NCBI GenBank assembly: GCA_900540935.1 | Contig: UQHW01000001.1 | Location: 43,867 to 107,866, forward strand | DNA: 64,000 bases | Reading direction: 5' to 3' | DNA from: an uncultured Collinsella sp. | GTDB lineage: Bacteria; Actinomycetota; Coriobacteriia; Coriobacteriales; Coriobacteriaceae | Shown: one piece after another, positions 54,455-64,000 of the stretch | Numbering within the stretch: the first letter of the stretch is position 1 | Layout: each line of letters begins with the position of its first letter | Made by a program: the position numbers and the translations under genes | Notes under the pieces: model-generated | What the model was told of the DNA's origin: nothing | Databases searched by the model: none | The model's input: only the letters and a program-made list of their open reading frames with translations

Positions 54455-55759
54455 ATGGCCAGAACATCACTTCGGACCATTATTTGCGACGTACCTGCGG
54501 GAACGCTCACGCAAGATGAGAACGGTCTTATCAGCTTTACCTACGATCATGACTATGACGGGCCAGCCCTATCGACCAACGTACCCGTATCGAATCGCAC
54601 ATACGGACAACAGGTCATGAATCCGTACCTGTTTGGCCTTCTACCCGACAGCGAGGACCAGCGAAAAGCGATTGCCGCCGAATTCGACGTTAGGCCCAAC
54701 AATCCCGTTGCGTTGCTCAGCCATATCGGACTCGACTGTCCGGGCGGAGTGCAGTTTTGTGCCGAAGAAGATGCCGATGCCGTCCTGCATCGCGCTGGCG
54801 AATACCGCCCTATAGACGACCACGAAATTGCTCTCCGTCTCAAGTCGATCAGAGATGACCGCGATGCATCGTGGATGGGTCTAGATGAAAGTTGGTCGCT
54901 TGGAGGCAACCAGGGCAAATTCGCGCTCGCGTTCACAAACGGCCGCTGGTGCGAATGCATGGGCTCCTCGCCCACGACGCATATTTTCAAAAATGGCGTT
55001 ATCGGATTTAAACTCGAGGCTCTCAATGAGTTTGTCTGCATGAAAAGCGCCCAGCGCGCCGGTATCGCAACGGCAAACGTCGAATATCGTATGTTTGAGG
55101 ACGAACCTGCCCTCATTGTTGAGCGCTATGACCGCGTGAAAGTCGAAGACGGAACGATCAGGCGCCTACATCAAGAAGACCTCTGTCAGGCACTTGGGGT
55201 GATGCCCTCCCAAAAGTACACGGCAGACGGCGGCCCGACCACCCGCGACATTCAAGAGCTCCTCGTAAATACGAGCCACCATCAACTTAACCTATATCTG
55301 TTTACGCAGATACTGTTCTTCAACGCCATTATCGGCGCACCGGATGCGCATGCGAAAAACTATTCCCTGCTCCTTGGAAACGACGGCGCAGCCATGATGG
55401 CTCGAATGTACGATGTCGCTTCGGGCTTGGCGTACGAGCGCATGCGCCGCCGGGCGCGCCTTGCCATGAGCGTTGGCGGCGAAAATCGTGTGGGGCGCAT
55501 CGGTCCAGGCGCCATCCGCCGATACCACGGTATGGGCGACCCCGCGCTGGAGGCGGCGCTCACCGATGCCGGGCTATCCGAGAAGTTTTGCTTTGCGACC
55601 ATGATGGACCTCGCCTACGAGGTGCCCATTTGCATGGAAGAGGTCATGGACGAATACGCCGACCTGCCCGGCATGGCGGACCTGCGCGAGCACATGCTCG
55701 GCCCCGTCCGCGAAAACTGCCAGCGCACCCTCGACCTCATCAAGGCGGATATAGGCTAG
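54455..55759 (+). CDS. hipA: type II toxin HipA-family serine/threonine kinase
   Basis: HipA N-terminal domain plus the kinase core (SLGGNQGKFALAF P-loop-like motif, DAHAKNYSLL catalytic motif). Confidence 0.8.
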   Translation: MARTSLRTIICDVPAGTLTQDENGLISFTYDHDYDGPALSTNVPVSNRTYGQQVMNPYLFGLLPDSEDQRKAIAAEFDVRPNNPVALLSHIGLDCPGGVQFCAEEDADAVLHRAGEYRPIDDHEIALRLKSIRDDRDASWMGLDESWSLGGNQGKFALAFTNGRWCECMGSSPTTHIFKNGVIGFKLEALNEFVCMKSAQRAGIATANVEYRMFEDEPALIVERYDRVKVEDGTIRRLHQEDLCQALGVMPSQKYTADGGPTTRDIQELLVNTSHHQLNLYLFTQILFFNAIIGAPDAHAKNYSLLLGNDGAAMMARMYDVASGLAYERMRRRARLAMSVGGENRVGRIGPGAIRRYHGMGDPALEAALTDAGLSEKFCFATMMDLAYEVPICMEEVMDEYADLPGMADLREHMLGPVRENCQRTLDLIKADIG

Positions 55760-55885
55760 GTGTCCGTAATTTGCCATTTCCCAAAAGAAGAGAGGGGGCA
55801 CCTGTCGCAAAAGACCGGGTGTCCCCTCTCGTAATGTCATTTGCAATCCGCTAGCACGTGACTCGGACTGCTGCTAGCGCAATCT

Positions 55886-57343
55886 TTACGCAGCGAGGCG
55901 CTTGAGAACGTCGATGAGCAGCTCATAGAAGCGCTCGGCAGAAGCGAGCTCCATGCTCTCGTCCGGGGTGTGGACATCGGAGAGCGTCGGGCCCACGGCG
56001 ATGGCGTCCAGGCCGTGCAGGGCCTCGGCAAACAGGCCGCACTCAAGGCCGGCGTGAATGGACTCGATGCGCAGCTCGGAGCCAAAGAGCTCGCGATAGC
56101 TCTCGACAAAGATGTCGCGGACCGGCGAATGCTCGGCATAGCTCCAGCCGGGATACTCGAACTCAAACTTGGCGTCGAAGCCCAAGACATCGGCCAGCGT
56201 CTGCAGGCGGTCCTTGAACTCGTTCTGCAGCGAAGTGATCGAGGAGCGCGGGGACAGCATGATCTTGACCTGGTCGTCAGAGGTGGCAACCACACCGATG
56301 TTGGAGGAAACCTCGACGGAGCCGTCGGTGGCGACGTTGCGGCGAATCACGCCGTTAGGGGCAAGACGCAGGGCACGGATGAGGGCAAGCGCGGACTTCT
56401 GGTCCATGGCCTCGACCTCGGCGTCGTCGGCAATCTCGACGGTGCAGGTAAAGCCGGGGTCGAAGACCTCGAGCTCGGCAGTGACGTCGGCGATGATGCC
56501 CTTTGCGATCTCGGCCGCTGCCTCGGCGGCAGCGTGGTCGGCGTAAACCAGCTCGGCCTTGCACTCACGGTTGATGGCGTTGTCCTTAGTGCCGCCGTTA
56601 AAGCTGACGACGGCGGGCTCGCCGGCTACCATCAAGCGGTCGATGATGCGGGCCATGATGAGGTTGCCGTTGCCGCGCTCCAGGTTGATGTCGGAGCCGG
56701 AGTGACCGCCCAGCAGGCCGGAGATGTCGAGCGTAAGGGTGCTGCCGGTCTTGTGCTCGCGCACGATCGGGCAGGTGTAGGTAACGACGACGCCGCCGGC
56801 GCAGCTGACGGTGGCCACGCCCTCCTCCTCGGAATCGAGGTTGATCATGGTGCGGGCGCTGATCTGGGACTTGTCGAGCGTCTCAGCGCCAACCAGACCA
56901 GTCTCCTCGTCGGTGGTGAACACGCACTCGAGGGCCGGATGAGCAATCGAATCGTCGTTGAGCACGGTAAGCATCAGAGCGACAGCAATGCCGTTGTCGG
57001 CGCCCAGGGTAGTGCCGTTAGCGGTGAGGACGCCGTCCTTGACGACCAGGTCGATACCATCGGTCGTAAAGTCGTGCTCAACAGAGCCCAACTTGTCGCA
57101 CACCATATCGATGTGGCCCTGCAGCATCACGGTCGGGGCATTCTCGGCACCGGCAGATGCGGGCTTGCGAATGATGACGTTGTAGACCTCGTCCTGATAC
57201 ACGTCGAGGCCGCGCTCCTTGGCAAACGCAACCAGGAAATCGCTGATGCCCTTCTCGTTGCCAGACCCACGGGGGATCGCGCTGACCTCCTCAAAGAAAT
57301 GGAACAGCTGGGCGGGCTCGTAGCCGGTAATCTTGTAGTCCAT
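55886..57343 (-). CDS. pepD: aminoacyl-histidine dipeptidase PepD (M20 family)
   Basis: HIDMV, DNG and TTDEETG metal-binding motifs. Start trimmed to MDYKIT with an AAGGAGG RBS. Confidence 0.85.
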   Translation of the reverse strand: MDYKITGYEPAQLFHFFEEVSAIPRGSGNEKGISDFLVAFAKERGLDVYQDEVYNVIIRKPASAGAENAPTVMLQGHIDMVCDKLGSVEHDFTTDGIDLVVKDGVLTANGTTLGADNGIAVALMLTVLNDDSIAHPALECVFTTDEETGLVGAETLDKSQISARTMINLDSEEEGVATVSCAGGVVVTYTCPIVREHKTGSTLTLDISGLLGGHSGSDINLERGNGNLIMARIIDRLMVAGEPAVVSFNGGTKDNAINRECKAELVYADHAAAEAAAEIAKGIIADVTAELEVFDPGFTCTVEIADDAEVEAMDQKSALALIRALRLAPNGVIRRNVATDGSVEVSSNIGVVATSDDQVKIMLSPRSSITSLQNEFKDRLQTLADVLGFDAKFEFEYPGWSYAEHSPVRDIFVESYRELFGSELRIESIHAGLECGLFAEALHGLDAIAVGPTLSDVHTPDESMELASAERFYELLIDVLKRLAA

Positions 57344-57557
57344 GGTGCCTCCTTGGCGCAACTGGTTAGACAATAAGACATGCGACTTGTATATTCCCAG
57401 ACTTTACGTGCATAAACCAGTCGAAAACGCCGAGCGCCCTCGCATCATCGGCTAACGGTGGACCGTATAGCGTAACGGTCACAACTTCCGCAGCTCTACA
57501 AATCGAGGCGCCCTTTCCGGAGCACCTCGATTGCGCGTATCAAATTGTCGCCACGCC

Positions 57558-60200
57558 CTACAGCGCGCCGGAACCGGCTTGCATCATGCCGCCGGGGCCC
57601 GAGGTCACGCCGCCGCTCACGGGCGCGGCGTTGCCGGTGTGCGGTACCGCCGGGGCGGTATCGCCACCAAGCGTGCCCGCCGGACGCGGTGCCGGGATCT
57701 CGCCCGTGCCGCGGCTAAAGACAAACTTGCCATCGGCCACGTCGCACAGGACGGTATCGCCCTCGCCCCACTCGCCAGCCAGCAGTTCCTCGGACAGCGG
57801 ATCCTCGATGAGCTTTTGGATGGCACGACGCAGCGGACGCGCGCCGTTGGTGAGGTCGGTACCCTCCGCCACAATCTTGTCGTAGGCCGCATCGGTAAGC
57901 TTGATGTTCATGCCGTTTGCGATCAGGCGCTGGCGCAGATCGTCCACCAGCAGGTGCGCAATCTTGGTCAGGTTCTCGCCCGAGAGCTTCTGGAACACCA
58001 CGATGTCGTCGATACGGTTGAGCAGCTCGGGGCGGAACAGGCGCTTGAGCTCGCCCATCGCGCGGCCGCGGATCTCACTCGAGGTGAGGCCCTGCTCGCC
58101 GGTGGTGCCAAAGCCAACGCTCGCATCCTGCGCGATCTCGCGGGCGCCCACGTTTGACGTCATGATGATCACCGTATTGCGGAAGTCGACCGTCTTGCCC
58201 TGGCTATCGGTCAGACGGCCCTCCTCCAACACCTGCAGCAGGATATTGAAGATGTCGGGGTGCGCCTTCTCGATCTCGTCGAACAGCACGACCGAGTACG
58301 GGTGACGGCGAACAGCCTTGGTGAGCTGGCCGCCCTCGTCGTGGCCCACATAGCCCGGGGGGCTACCGATGAGCTTGGAGACCTCGAACTCACTGCCAAA
58401 CTCCGACATATCGAAGCTGATGAGCGCGTCCTTGCTGCCAAAGAGATACTCGGCGAGCGTCTTGGCGAGCTCGGTCTTGCCTGTGCCGGTGGGACCAAGG
58501 AAGATAAAGCTGCCACCGGGACGACGCGGGTCCTTGAGCGGCGAGCGGCTGCGGCGCACGGCCTTGGCGACGGCCTCGACGGCCTCGTCCTGGCCGATAA
58601 TGCGGGTCTTGAGCACGCTTTCGGTCTGCAGCAGGCGACGGCTCTCGCTCTCGGTGAGCGAGGAAACCGGCACGCCAGAGGTCACGGACACGATGTCGGC
58701 AATCTGACTCACGTCGATGGTGAGCGGGCTGGCGTCGAGCTCGGCGGTCCAGGCGGCCTTGGCCTCGGCGAGCTCAATCTCGGCGGCCTTCTGCTGCTCG
58801 GTGATCTCGGCGGCCTTGTTCATGTCGTCGCTCTCGGTGGCCTCCTGCGCGGCGGCCTTGAGCTCCTCTATGCGATGCTCGGCCTCGCGCACCGGCTCGG
58901 GCGCACGATTCGCGGCGATGCGAGCGCGGGCACCGGCCTCGTCGATGAGGTCGATGGCCTTATCGGGCAGGAAGCGATCCTGGATGTAGCGGTTGGAAAG
59001 GTTCGCGGCAGCCTCGATAGCGCCCTGCGTGTAGCGCACATGGTGGTGCTCCTCGTAGCGCGGCTTGAGCGCGGTCAGGATCTTGACCGTGTCCTCGACG
59101 CTCGGCTCCTCGACATCGATGGTCTGGAAGCGACGCTCGAAGGCTGGGTCCTTGGTGAGGTACTTGCGGAATTCCTCGGCCGTGGTGGCACCGATGATCT
59201 GGAAAGCACCGCGCGCGAGCACGGGCTTGAGCATAGAGCTCGCGTCGATAGAACCCTCGGCAGAACCGGCACCGATGATGGTGTGCATCTCGTCAATAAA
59301 CAGGATGACGTCGTCAGCTTCGGTAGCCTCCTGGATCACGTTCTTGAGGCGCTCCTCGAACTCACCGCGATACTTGGCGCCCGCAACGAGGCCCGGCAGG
59401 TCGAGCGTCCAGATATTCTGGTTCATGAGGTTCTCGGGCACGTTGCCGGCTGCAATCTGCTGAGCCAGGCCCTCGACGATGGCCGTCTTGCCCACGCCGG
59501 GGTCACCCAGGATAAGCGGGTTGTTCTTGGTGCGGCGCGAAAGGATCTCCATCATGCGCTGGACTTCCTTTTCGCGGCCAATCACGGGATCGAGCTCGCC
59601 GTCGCGCGCCTTTTGAGTGAGGTTGGTGGCGAACTGCTTGAGCGTATCGGTGCCGCTCCCCTTTTGCTGAGAGGCATCCGAGCCGCTAAAGAACGGCAGG
59701 CCCGCACCGGGACGCCCGGCACCGGCACCGGCGAGCGGACGCTTCTTGTCCTGGTCCTTGGCGGTGAGTTTCTCGATAGCCTTTTTGATGGAGGCGGACG
59801 ACACGCCCAGGCGCATGAGGATGTCCATGGCCATGCCGTTGCCCTCTTCGACGATGCCGATCAGCAAGTGCTCGGTCGAAACGTAGGTCTGGTTGTTCTC
59901 GCGTGCCACGCGGAAGGAGCGCTCCATCACGCTGATGACGAGCGGCGTAAAGGCGAGCTTGGCAGCCTCGGTCTCCTCGCTGGGCTCGGGAACCGTGGTC
60001 TGGACCTCTTTGAGGGTATCCATGATGTCATCGTAGGAGATATCGAGCGAGCGCAGCGCCTCGGCAGCGATGCCCTCGTCCTCCTTGGCAAGTGCGAGCA
60101 GCAGGTGCTCGGTACCCACCTTATTTGAGTGAAGATCGAGCGCTTCTTGCTTGGCCATGGACATGACCTTGCGCGCGCGATCGGTAAAACGGTCTAACAT
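57558..60200 (-). CDS. clpC: ATP-dependent Clp protease ATP-binding subunit ClpC
   Basis: Double Clp-N repeat, two AAA+ modules ([30 protein letters not shown]), and a low-complexity Gly/Pro-rich C-terminal tail. Confidence 0.9.
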   Translation of the reverse strand: MLDRFTDRARKVMSMAKQEALDLHSNKVGTEHLLLALAKEDEGIAAEALRSLDISYDDIMDTLKEVQTTVPEPSEETEAAKLAFTPLVISVMERSFRVARENNQTYVSTEHLLIGIVEEGNGMAMDILMRLGVSSASIKKAIEKLTAKDQDKKRPLAGAGAGRPGAGLPFFSGSDASQQKGSGTDTLKQFATNLTQKARDGELDPVIGREKEVQRMMEILSRRTKNNPLILGDPGVGKTAIVEGLAQQIAAGNVPENLMNQNIWTLDLPGLVAGAKYRGEFEERLKNVIQEATEADDVILFIDEMHTIIGAGSAEGSIDASSMLKPVLARGAFQIIGATTAEEFRKYLTKDPAFERRFQTIDVEEPSVEDTVKILTALKPRYEEHHHVRYTQGAIEAAANLSNRYIQDRFLPDKAIDLIDEAGARARIAANRAPEPVREAEHRIEELKAAAQEATESDDMNKAAEITEQQKAAEIELAEAKAAWTAELDASPLTIDVSQIADIVSVTSGVPVSSLTESESRRLLQTESVLKTRIIGQDEAVEAVAKAVRRSRSPLKDPRRPGGSFIFLGPTGTGKTELAKTLAEYLFGSKDALISFDMSEFGSEFEVSKLIGSPPGYVGHDEGGQLTKAVRRHPYSVVLFDEIEKAHPDIFNILLQVLEEGRLTDSQGKTVDFRNTVIIMTSNVGAREIAQDASVGFGTTGEQGLTSSEIRGRAMGELKRLFRPELLNRIDDIVVFQKLSGENLTKIAHLLVDDLRQRLIANGMNIKLTDAAYDKIVAEGTDLTNGARPLRRAIQKLIEDPLSEELLAGEWGEGDTVLCDVADGKFVFSRGTGEIPAPRPAGTLGGDTAPAVPHTGNAAPVSGGVTSGPGGMMQAGSGAL

Positions 60201-60386
60201 GCTAGTTCCTCTTAGACGAGCTAGTTTTTTCAAACGCAAAGCGCCACTCGTGGCGGCGCTTTGGTCTCTTTACCCATATGGAGTATATGTTAACCGCTGG
60301 GGCCTTTTCCGCATGCAGCCATACGACAACGTCTACAAAAAAGGAATCGCCGGGTGCGGCGGGCGCTCTAGGTTAGAGGCTGTTGC

Positions 60387-60989
60387 CTAGCAGGCAGGCT
60401 CGGCGTCCATGCTCTCGGCAACGTCATTGACGGCATCGGCAACGGAAGCGCCAGGCATGCGCACGAGCTCCATATGCCGCTCTTCAAAGACGGTTCCCAT
60501 GGGGAAGGCGCGGCGGAAGACAAAGCGAGCAACCGGACCAGCCACTAGCAGGTTCCAAGGCAGGGCCATGATAAAGTTGCGCGGAATGTTGACGAGCCAC
60601 ATCATCGGCAGCGCCTGCAAATTGGCAAGCGGGCCGCCGGGCATATGGAACAGGCCTTCGCACGCGCCGTAGAGCGACATGATGATAACCATGGGAACAA
60701 CCATGCAGGAGCTGACGGCGAGCGTCATGGCAAGCGGCGAGCTCTTGCCCGGCGTGACCAGGAATTTAAAGGCGAAGCCCTTAGCAAGGGGGCTGGCAAC
60801 AAACCAGTCGCAGCACATGGCAAAAACGTAGGCAACGGGGAAGCCGAGCCACGCGGCGGCAACAACCTCGCCGTTGATGGCCCCATGCTGCAGGGCAACG
60901 TTGTAGATGCTCATCCAGAGCACCATGCAAAAGCACATGATAAAGGTGAACAGCAGGCTCTCTCGTTTGTTGATAGGCATAAAGGGCAT
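60387..60989 (-). CDS. DUF2798-like membrane protein (two repeats)
   Basis: About 200 aa hydrophobic protein. NVALQHG and NFIMALPWNLLVAGPVARFVFRR repeats. Confidence 0.5.
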   Translation of the reverse strand: MPFMPINKRESLLFTFIMCFCMVLWMSIYNVALQHGAINGEVVAAAWLGFPVAYVFAMCCDWFVASPLAKGFAFKFLVTPGKSSPLAMTLAVSSCMVVPMVIIMSLYGACEGLFHMPGGPLANLQALPMMWLVNIPRNFIMALPWNLLVAGPVARFVFRRAFPMGTVFEERHMELVRMPGASVADAVNDVAESMDAEPAC

Positions 60990-61189
60990 GGTCCTTTCTG
61001 TGTTACGCCGCGGCACCACGCAACAAAAACGGGCGGGCGAGATGGAGCTGTTGGGACTTCATCTCGCCCGCCCGCGATACGTGCGTCTGCGACTACTTAT
61101 GTGGTGGAACTACCCTAACACGAACGGCGCGCGCTTCGTAAGCGTTGAGTTTATGAAGATGCAGGGCACCAATAATCCCCCGACCCCAT

Positions 61190-61256
61190 AAGTTGCGGTG
61201 GAATACGGACTGTTTTGACCCTTTAAGCAGCAATTCAGTCTCTATTTCACCGCAAC
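61190..61256. repeat. REP-like palindromic element, family B copy 3
   Basis: aagttgcggtggaatacggac...ctatttcaccgcaac. Confidence 0.65.
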
Positions 61257-61293
61257 TCATTTGGTGCAAAGTGACCTGTCCTCCTTGCACCAA

Positions 61294-62862
61294 TTAGCTG
61301 GTGTGGCGCCAGCGAGGGTCGGTGAGTGTACGTGCCACACCCAGACCAACGGGCAAAAACGCCACGATGAGCACTGCACGCACAAACCAACCGAGCATAT
61401 TGACCGTATCGAAGGTGCACATGTAGTACATCGAGCGATACAGATACAGGCCCGGCACCATAATGACAATTGATGGCACCGTGAGGGCGATACGTGGGTA
61501 GGTGAGCTTGACTTCGGCCAAGCTTGCCAGCAGCCCCGATACCAGCGCGCCGATAAACGCTGCCGCCTCGGGAGGCATTCCCGCGCTGAGGCCCAGGAAG
61601 GGAAGCATCGTCGGCGCATCGACGAGCGTAAGGCGCAAGGTATTGGACACGGCGCCGATCAGCCCAGCTGCCGCGGCCATCTTTACCGGGCTGTTGAACA
61701 TCACCGAGAAGCCGAATACGCCAACGAAGCTCATCACCACGCGCAGGAGCGTAAGAGCAAGCGGCGAAAGGCCGAGCGGGGCAAAATCATCCGGTGCCAG
61801 CCCCACACATTCGGCAACCATCCAACCTACGAGGGTCGCCATCACAATAATCGACACAGCATACGAAAGACGTTCAATGCCGCTTCGCATATCGAGCTTA
61901 GCGATGTCGAGGCCTGCCGTAATGAGGGGAAAGCCGGGAATCACAAAGAGCATGGCGCCGATATAGCCTTCTTGGTGCGACATTGCCCCCGGTATGACCT
62001 GGCCAAGGCCGAGCAATGCCAGCAGATACGAAACGCAAGCGAGCGCAACACCAGTCGTCAGCGCGCTAAACTGGCCAAGACCCTGCTTGAGAATATGGGA
62101 GCGAGCAAAGTTACCGACACCAGCGCCCACGAATGCGCAGGCCATCTCGATAGGGCCGCCGCCGAGCAAGAAGACGAAGGCGCCGCAAGCACAGGCTGCC
62201 GCAAGGCCCTGTTGCCAGGAAGCGTAATCGGGCTTCGAGCTCTCAACGGTCTTGAGCATCTCGTGGTATTCGTGCACGGTAAACCGGCGCCCATACGTCT
62301 CGATTTCCTTTAAGAAGCTCTCCATCATCCAAATGCGATGGGTATTGACTCCCGTTGTGGGCAGGCTGACAACCTCGTTAAAGCAGTGGCCATCTTCGAT
62401 GCAGGTGCACTCAAACGACAGAAGACTCAGGTCGACGTGAATCGTGACGCCGAGCACAGCGGCAACACGATTCATGGTATCGCGCACGCGCCAGGCACCC
62501 GTTCCGCTTGCCAGCATAAGCATGCCGGTGCGGCAGATGATGGATGACTTATCGGTGAGCGGCGCATCGACGGCAAGCTCATCGCCTGCCGTCACGATCT
62601 GGCGCCAGTCAGTTTTCATATGGAGTGCACCGGCACGAGCGCCGTGGTGCATAGGGACTCTCGAAAGCAGCGAGTCCAGGCGCGAAGACTGTGGGGGCTC
62701 CGTTGATTCGCCCTCGTCCTCGTTGGGCTCTTCATCGACCAGATCAAAGGAATCAAGCGGCGCTGGCTCGCGACGATCGATTAGCTCCTCATCCTCATCA
62801 TCAAAGTAGTTGAACTGATCGAGCATGTCCTCTTCGATTGCACGCTCGCTCGCGTCGTCCAT
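61294..62862 (-). CDS. threonine/serine exporter family protein (ThrE; DUF1212 + DUF3815)
   Basis: Acidic cytoplasmic N-terminus, then two polytopic membrane modules typical of ThrE. Confidence 0.75.
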   Translation of the reverse strand: MDDASERAIEEDMLDQFNYFDDEDEELIDRREPAPLDSFDLVDEEPNEDEGESTEPPQSSRLDSLLSRVPMHHGARAGALHMKTDWRQIVTAGDELAVDAPLTDKSSIICRTGMLMLASGTGAWRVRDTMNRVAAVLGVTIHVDLSLLSFECTCIEDGHCFNEVVSLPTTGVNTHRIWMMESFLKEIETYGRRFTVHEYHEMLKTVESSKPDYASWQQGLAAACACGAFVFLLGGGPIEMACAFVGAGVGNFARSHILKQGLGQFSALTTGVALACVSYLLALLGLGQVIPGAMSHQEGYIGAMLFVIPGFPLITAGLDIAKLDMRSGIERLSYAVSIIVMATLVGWMVAECVGLAPDDFAPLGLSPLALTLLRVVMSFVGVFGFSVMFNSPVKMAAAAGLIGAVSNTLRLTLVDAPTMLPFLGLSAGMPPEAAAFIGALVSGLLASLAEVKLTYPRIALTVPSIVIMVPGLYLYRSMYYMCTFDTVNMLGWFVRAVLIVAFLPVGLGVARTLTDPRWRHTS

Positions 62863-62951
62863 ACAGGGGCTCCTTTCCTACCGACTAACCCCCATCCTAG
62901 GCAGCAACGGCTAAAGGAAACATAAAAGAGACGACTATCAAAACAAGGACT

Positions 62952-63943
62952 GTCCCCAACTGCCGGCAGAGACGATATGAGCAGGACATAAAAACATTGA
63001 GAGCCCCTGCTGCATGAAAGACCGCGGATTAGGCCGACAATGGTGAGTGTCTAATCCAACCGTGGCGGCCACGCCGCATTCATGGAAGGGGCTCCCATGC
63101 TCGATACTACCACCTTCGTCGGCCTCGACGTCCACGCCCGCTCGATAAAGGCAGTCTCCCTCGACGTCATGACCGGGGAGGTGCGCTGCGCGACCTTCGG
63201 CTACGACGCCGGGGCAGTCGCGGAGTGGGTGCGGTCCGTGGACCCAAAGGCCAGGTGCGTGTACGAATCCGGGGTCACGGGGTTCGACCTGCAGAAGAGG
63301 CTCTCCGGCCTCGGGGTCGACTGCGTGGTCGGCGCCGTCTCGAAGATGATCAAGCCCAGCGCGGACAGGCGCAGGAAGAACGACCGCAACGACGCCGAGT
63401 TCCTCGCCCGCATGCTGTCGGTCGGCAACGTGGTCGAGGTGTGGGTCCCCGACGACGAGTGCGAGGCCGCCCGCGACCTGACCAGGGCGCTCGAGGACGC
63501 GAGGGACGACCTCTCGCGCTCGAAGCAGCGGCTCTCCAAGTTCCTGCTCAGGCACGGGCTCGTCTTCGACGAGAGGACGCCCATGGCCGAGGAGGCGTAG
63601 GGGGCCGGTCCCCCGCGCATAAGCCGATCACCCCGGAAGCGGTTCGATCCGAAGCCGTTGAGGCGAACCTCAGGTCCCTTTTCTGCGAGCGCCCAGGGCG
63701 CCACACGCGTGCACAGACTGTCGGTTCGACGAAGAAGCCTCAGCCGTAGCAACGGATTGCCCAGCGAGAGATCGCCACGGGCGGATATTAAACTGCAAAG
63801 ACGAGCGTCGGGAAGACACGCCGAGGTCGCCGCGGACGGGCTGATATAGGGAGAGGGCCTGACCCCATATCGTTGGGGCCAGGCCCGATTTTGCCTCTTG
63901 ACAATGTCCTGCTCATATTAAAAGGAACGTCCCCAACTGCCGG
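62952..63943. mobile_element. about 1 kb IS110-family remnant inserted in a palindromic sequence
   Basis: 15 bp direct repeats gtccccaactgccgg at 62952..62966 and 63929..63943. 15 bp inverted repeats atatgagcaggacat (62975..62989) / atgtcctgctcatat (63904..63918). The interior encodes a truncated transposase. Confidence 0.6.
63082..63600 (+). pseudogene. IS110-family transposase, N-terminal DEDD (RuvC-like) domain only (truncated)
   Basis: MLDTTTFVGLDVHARSIKAV...RNDRNDAEFLA matches the IS110 N-terminal domain. The C-terminal Transposase_20 domain is absent and no continuation is found in any frame. Confidence 0.7.
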
Positions 63944-63944
63944 A

Positions 63945-64000
63945 TTAGGCGAGGCTCTCCAGCACGCGACGGAGCTCCTGTTGGACGGCGTGGTCGCGGT
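63945..64000 (-). CDS. C-terminal end of an unidentified minus-strand gene (partial)
   Basis: Reverse frame reads ...RDHAVQQELRRVLESLA then a stop at 63945..63947. The rest lies outside the window. Confidence 0.4.
   Translation of the reverse strand, partial: RDHAVQQELRRVLESLA

Noticed and set aside
63225-63849. Alternative-frame ORFs downstream of the IS110 fragment as a frameshifted continuation of the transposase.
   Set aside because: The translations are Arg-rich low-complexity and show no similarity to the IS110 C-terminal (Transposase_20) domain. The gene appears truncated rather than simply frameshifted.

Overview
This 64 kb window is a high-GC (~60-65%) Actinobacteria chromosomal segment, probably Coriobacteriia-like. 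It carries the core translation and transcription gene set, most of it on the minus strand, but the set is split into three blocks by accessory DNA. Block 1 (fabD to rplJ, about 1-20 kb) holds the 5' part of a fab operon (fabH-acpP-fabK-fabD), birA, rpsJ-fusA-rpsG-rpsL, then rpoC-rpoB, galU and rplL-rplJ. A low-GC island carrying an ECF sigma factor and its anti-sigma factor sits in the rpoC-rpsL junction. Block 2 (about 20.5-41.9 kb) is a ~22 kb accessory stretch wedged between rplJ and rplA. It carries an aminotransferase, a UDG-family glycosylase, a GH13 alpha-glycosidase, an MFS transporter, a FeoA-FeoB fusion with a palindromic operator, an esterase, a PTS EIIA, asnS, a WYL regulator with a 3-gene ABC transporter, an LAXTG-anchored 5'-nucleotidase, MscS, and a two-gene operon of a large cytoplasmic protein (ParB/Srx-like N-terminus, BMP-like C-terminus) and a metallophosphoesterase. 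Block 3 (about 42-64 kb) resumes with rplA-rplK-nusG-secE-tRNA-Trp-rpmG-tuf and the tRNA Met/Thr/Tyr genes. A ~650 bp non-coding tRNA spacer follows, with a DnaA-box-like cluster and nested palindromes. After it come yacP-rlmB-cysS-ispF-ispD-disA, a candidate Mn riboswitch plus mntP, hipBA with a triple operator, pepD, clpC, a DUF2798 protein, a ThrE-family exporter, and a ~1 kb IS110-like remnant inserted in a palindrome. At least three families of small palindromic or nested-hairpin repeats are scattered through intergenic regions, including the S12 and L10 leaders. The best candidate for an undescribed system is the translationally coupled operon encoding the cytoplasmic ParB/Srx-like plus BMP-like protein and the metallophosphoesterase.
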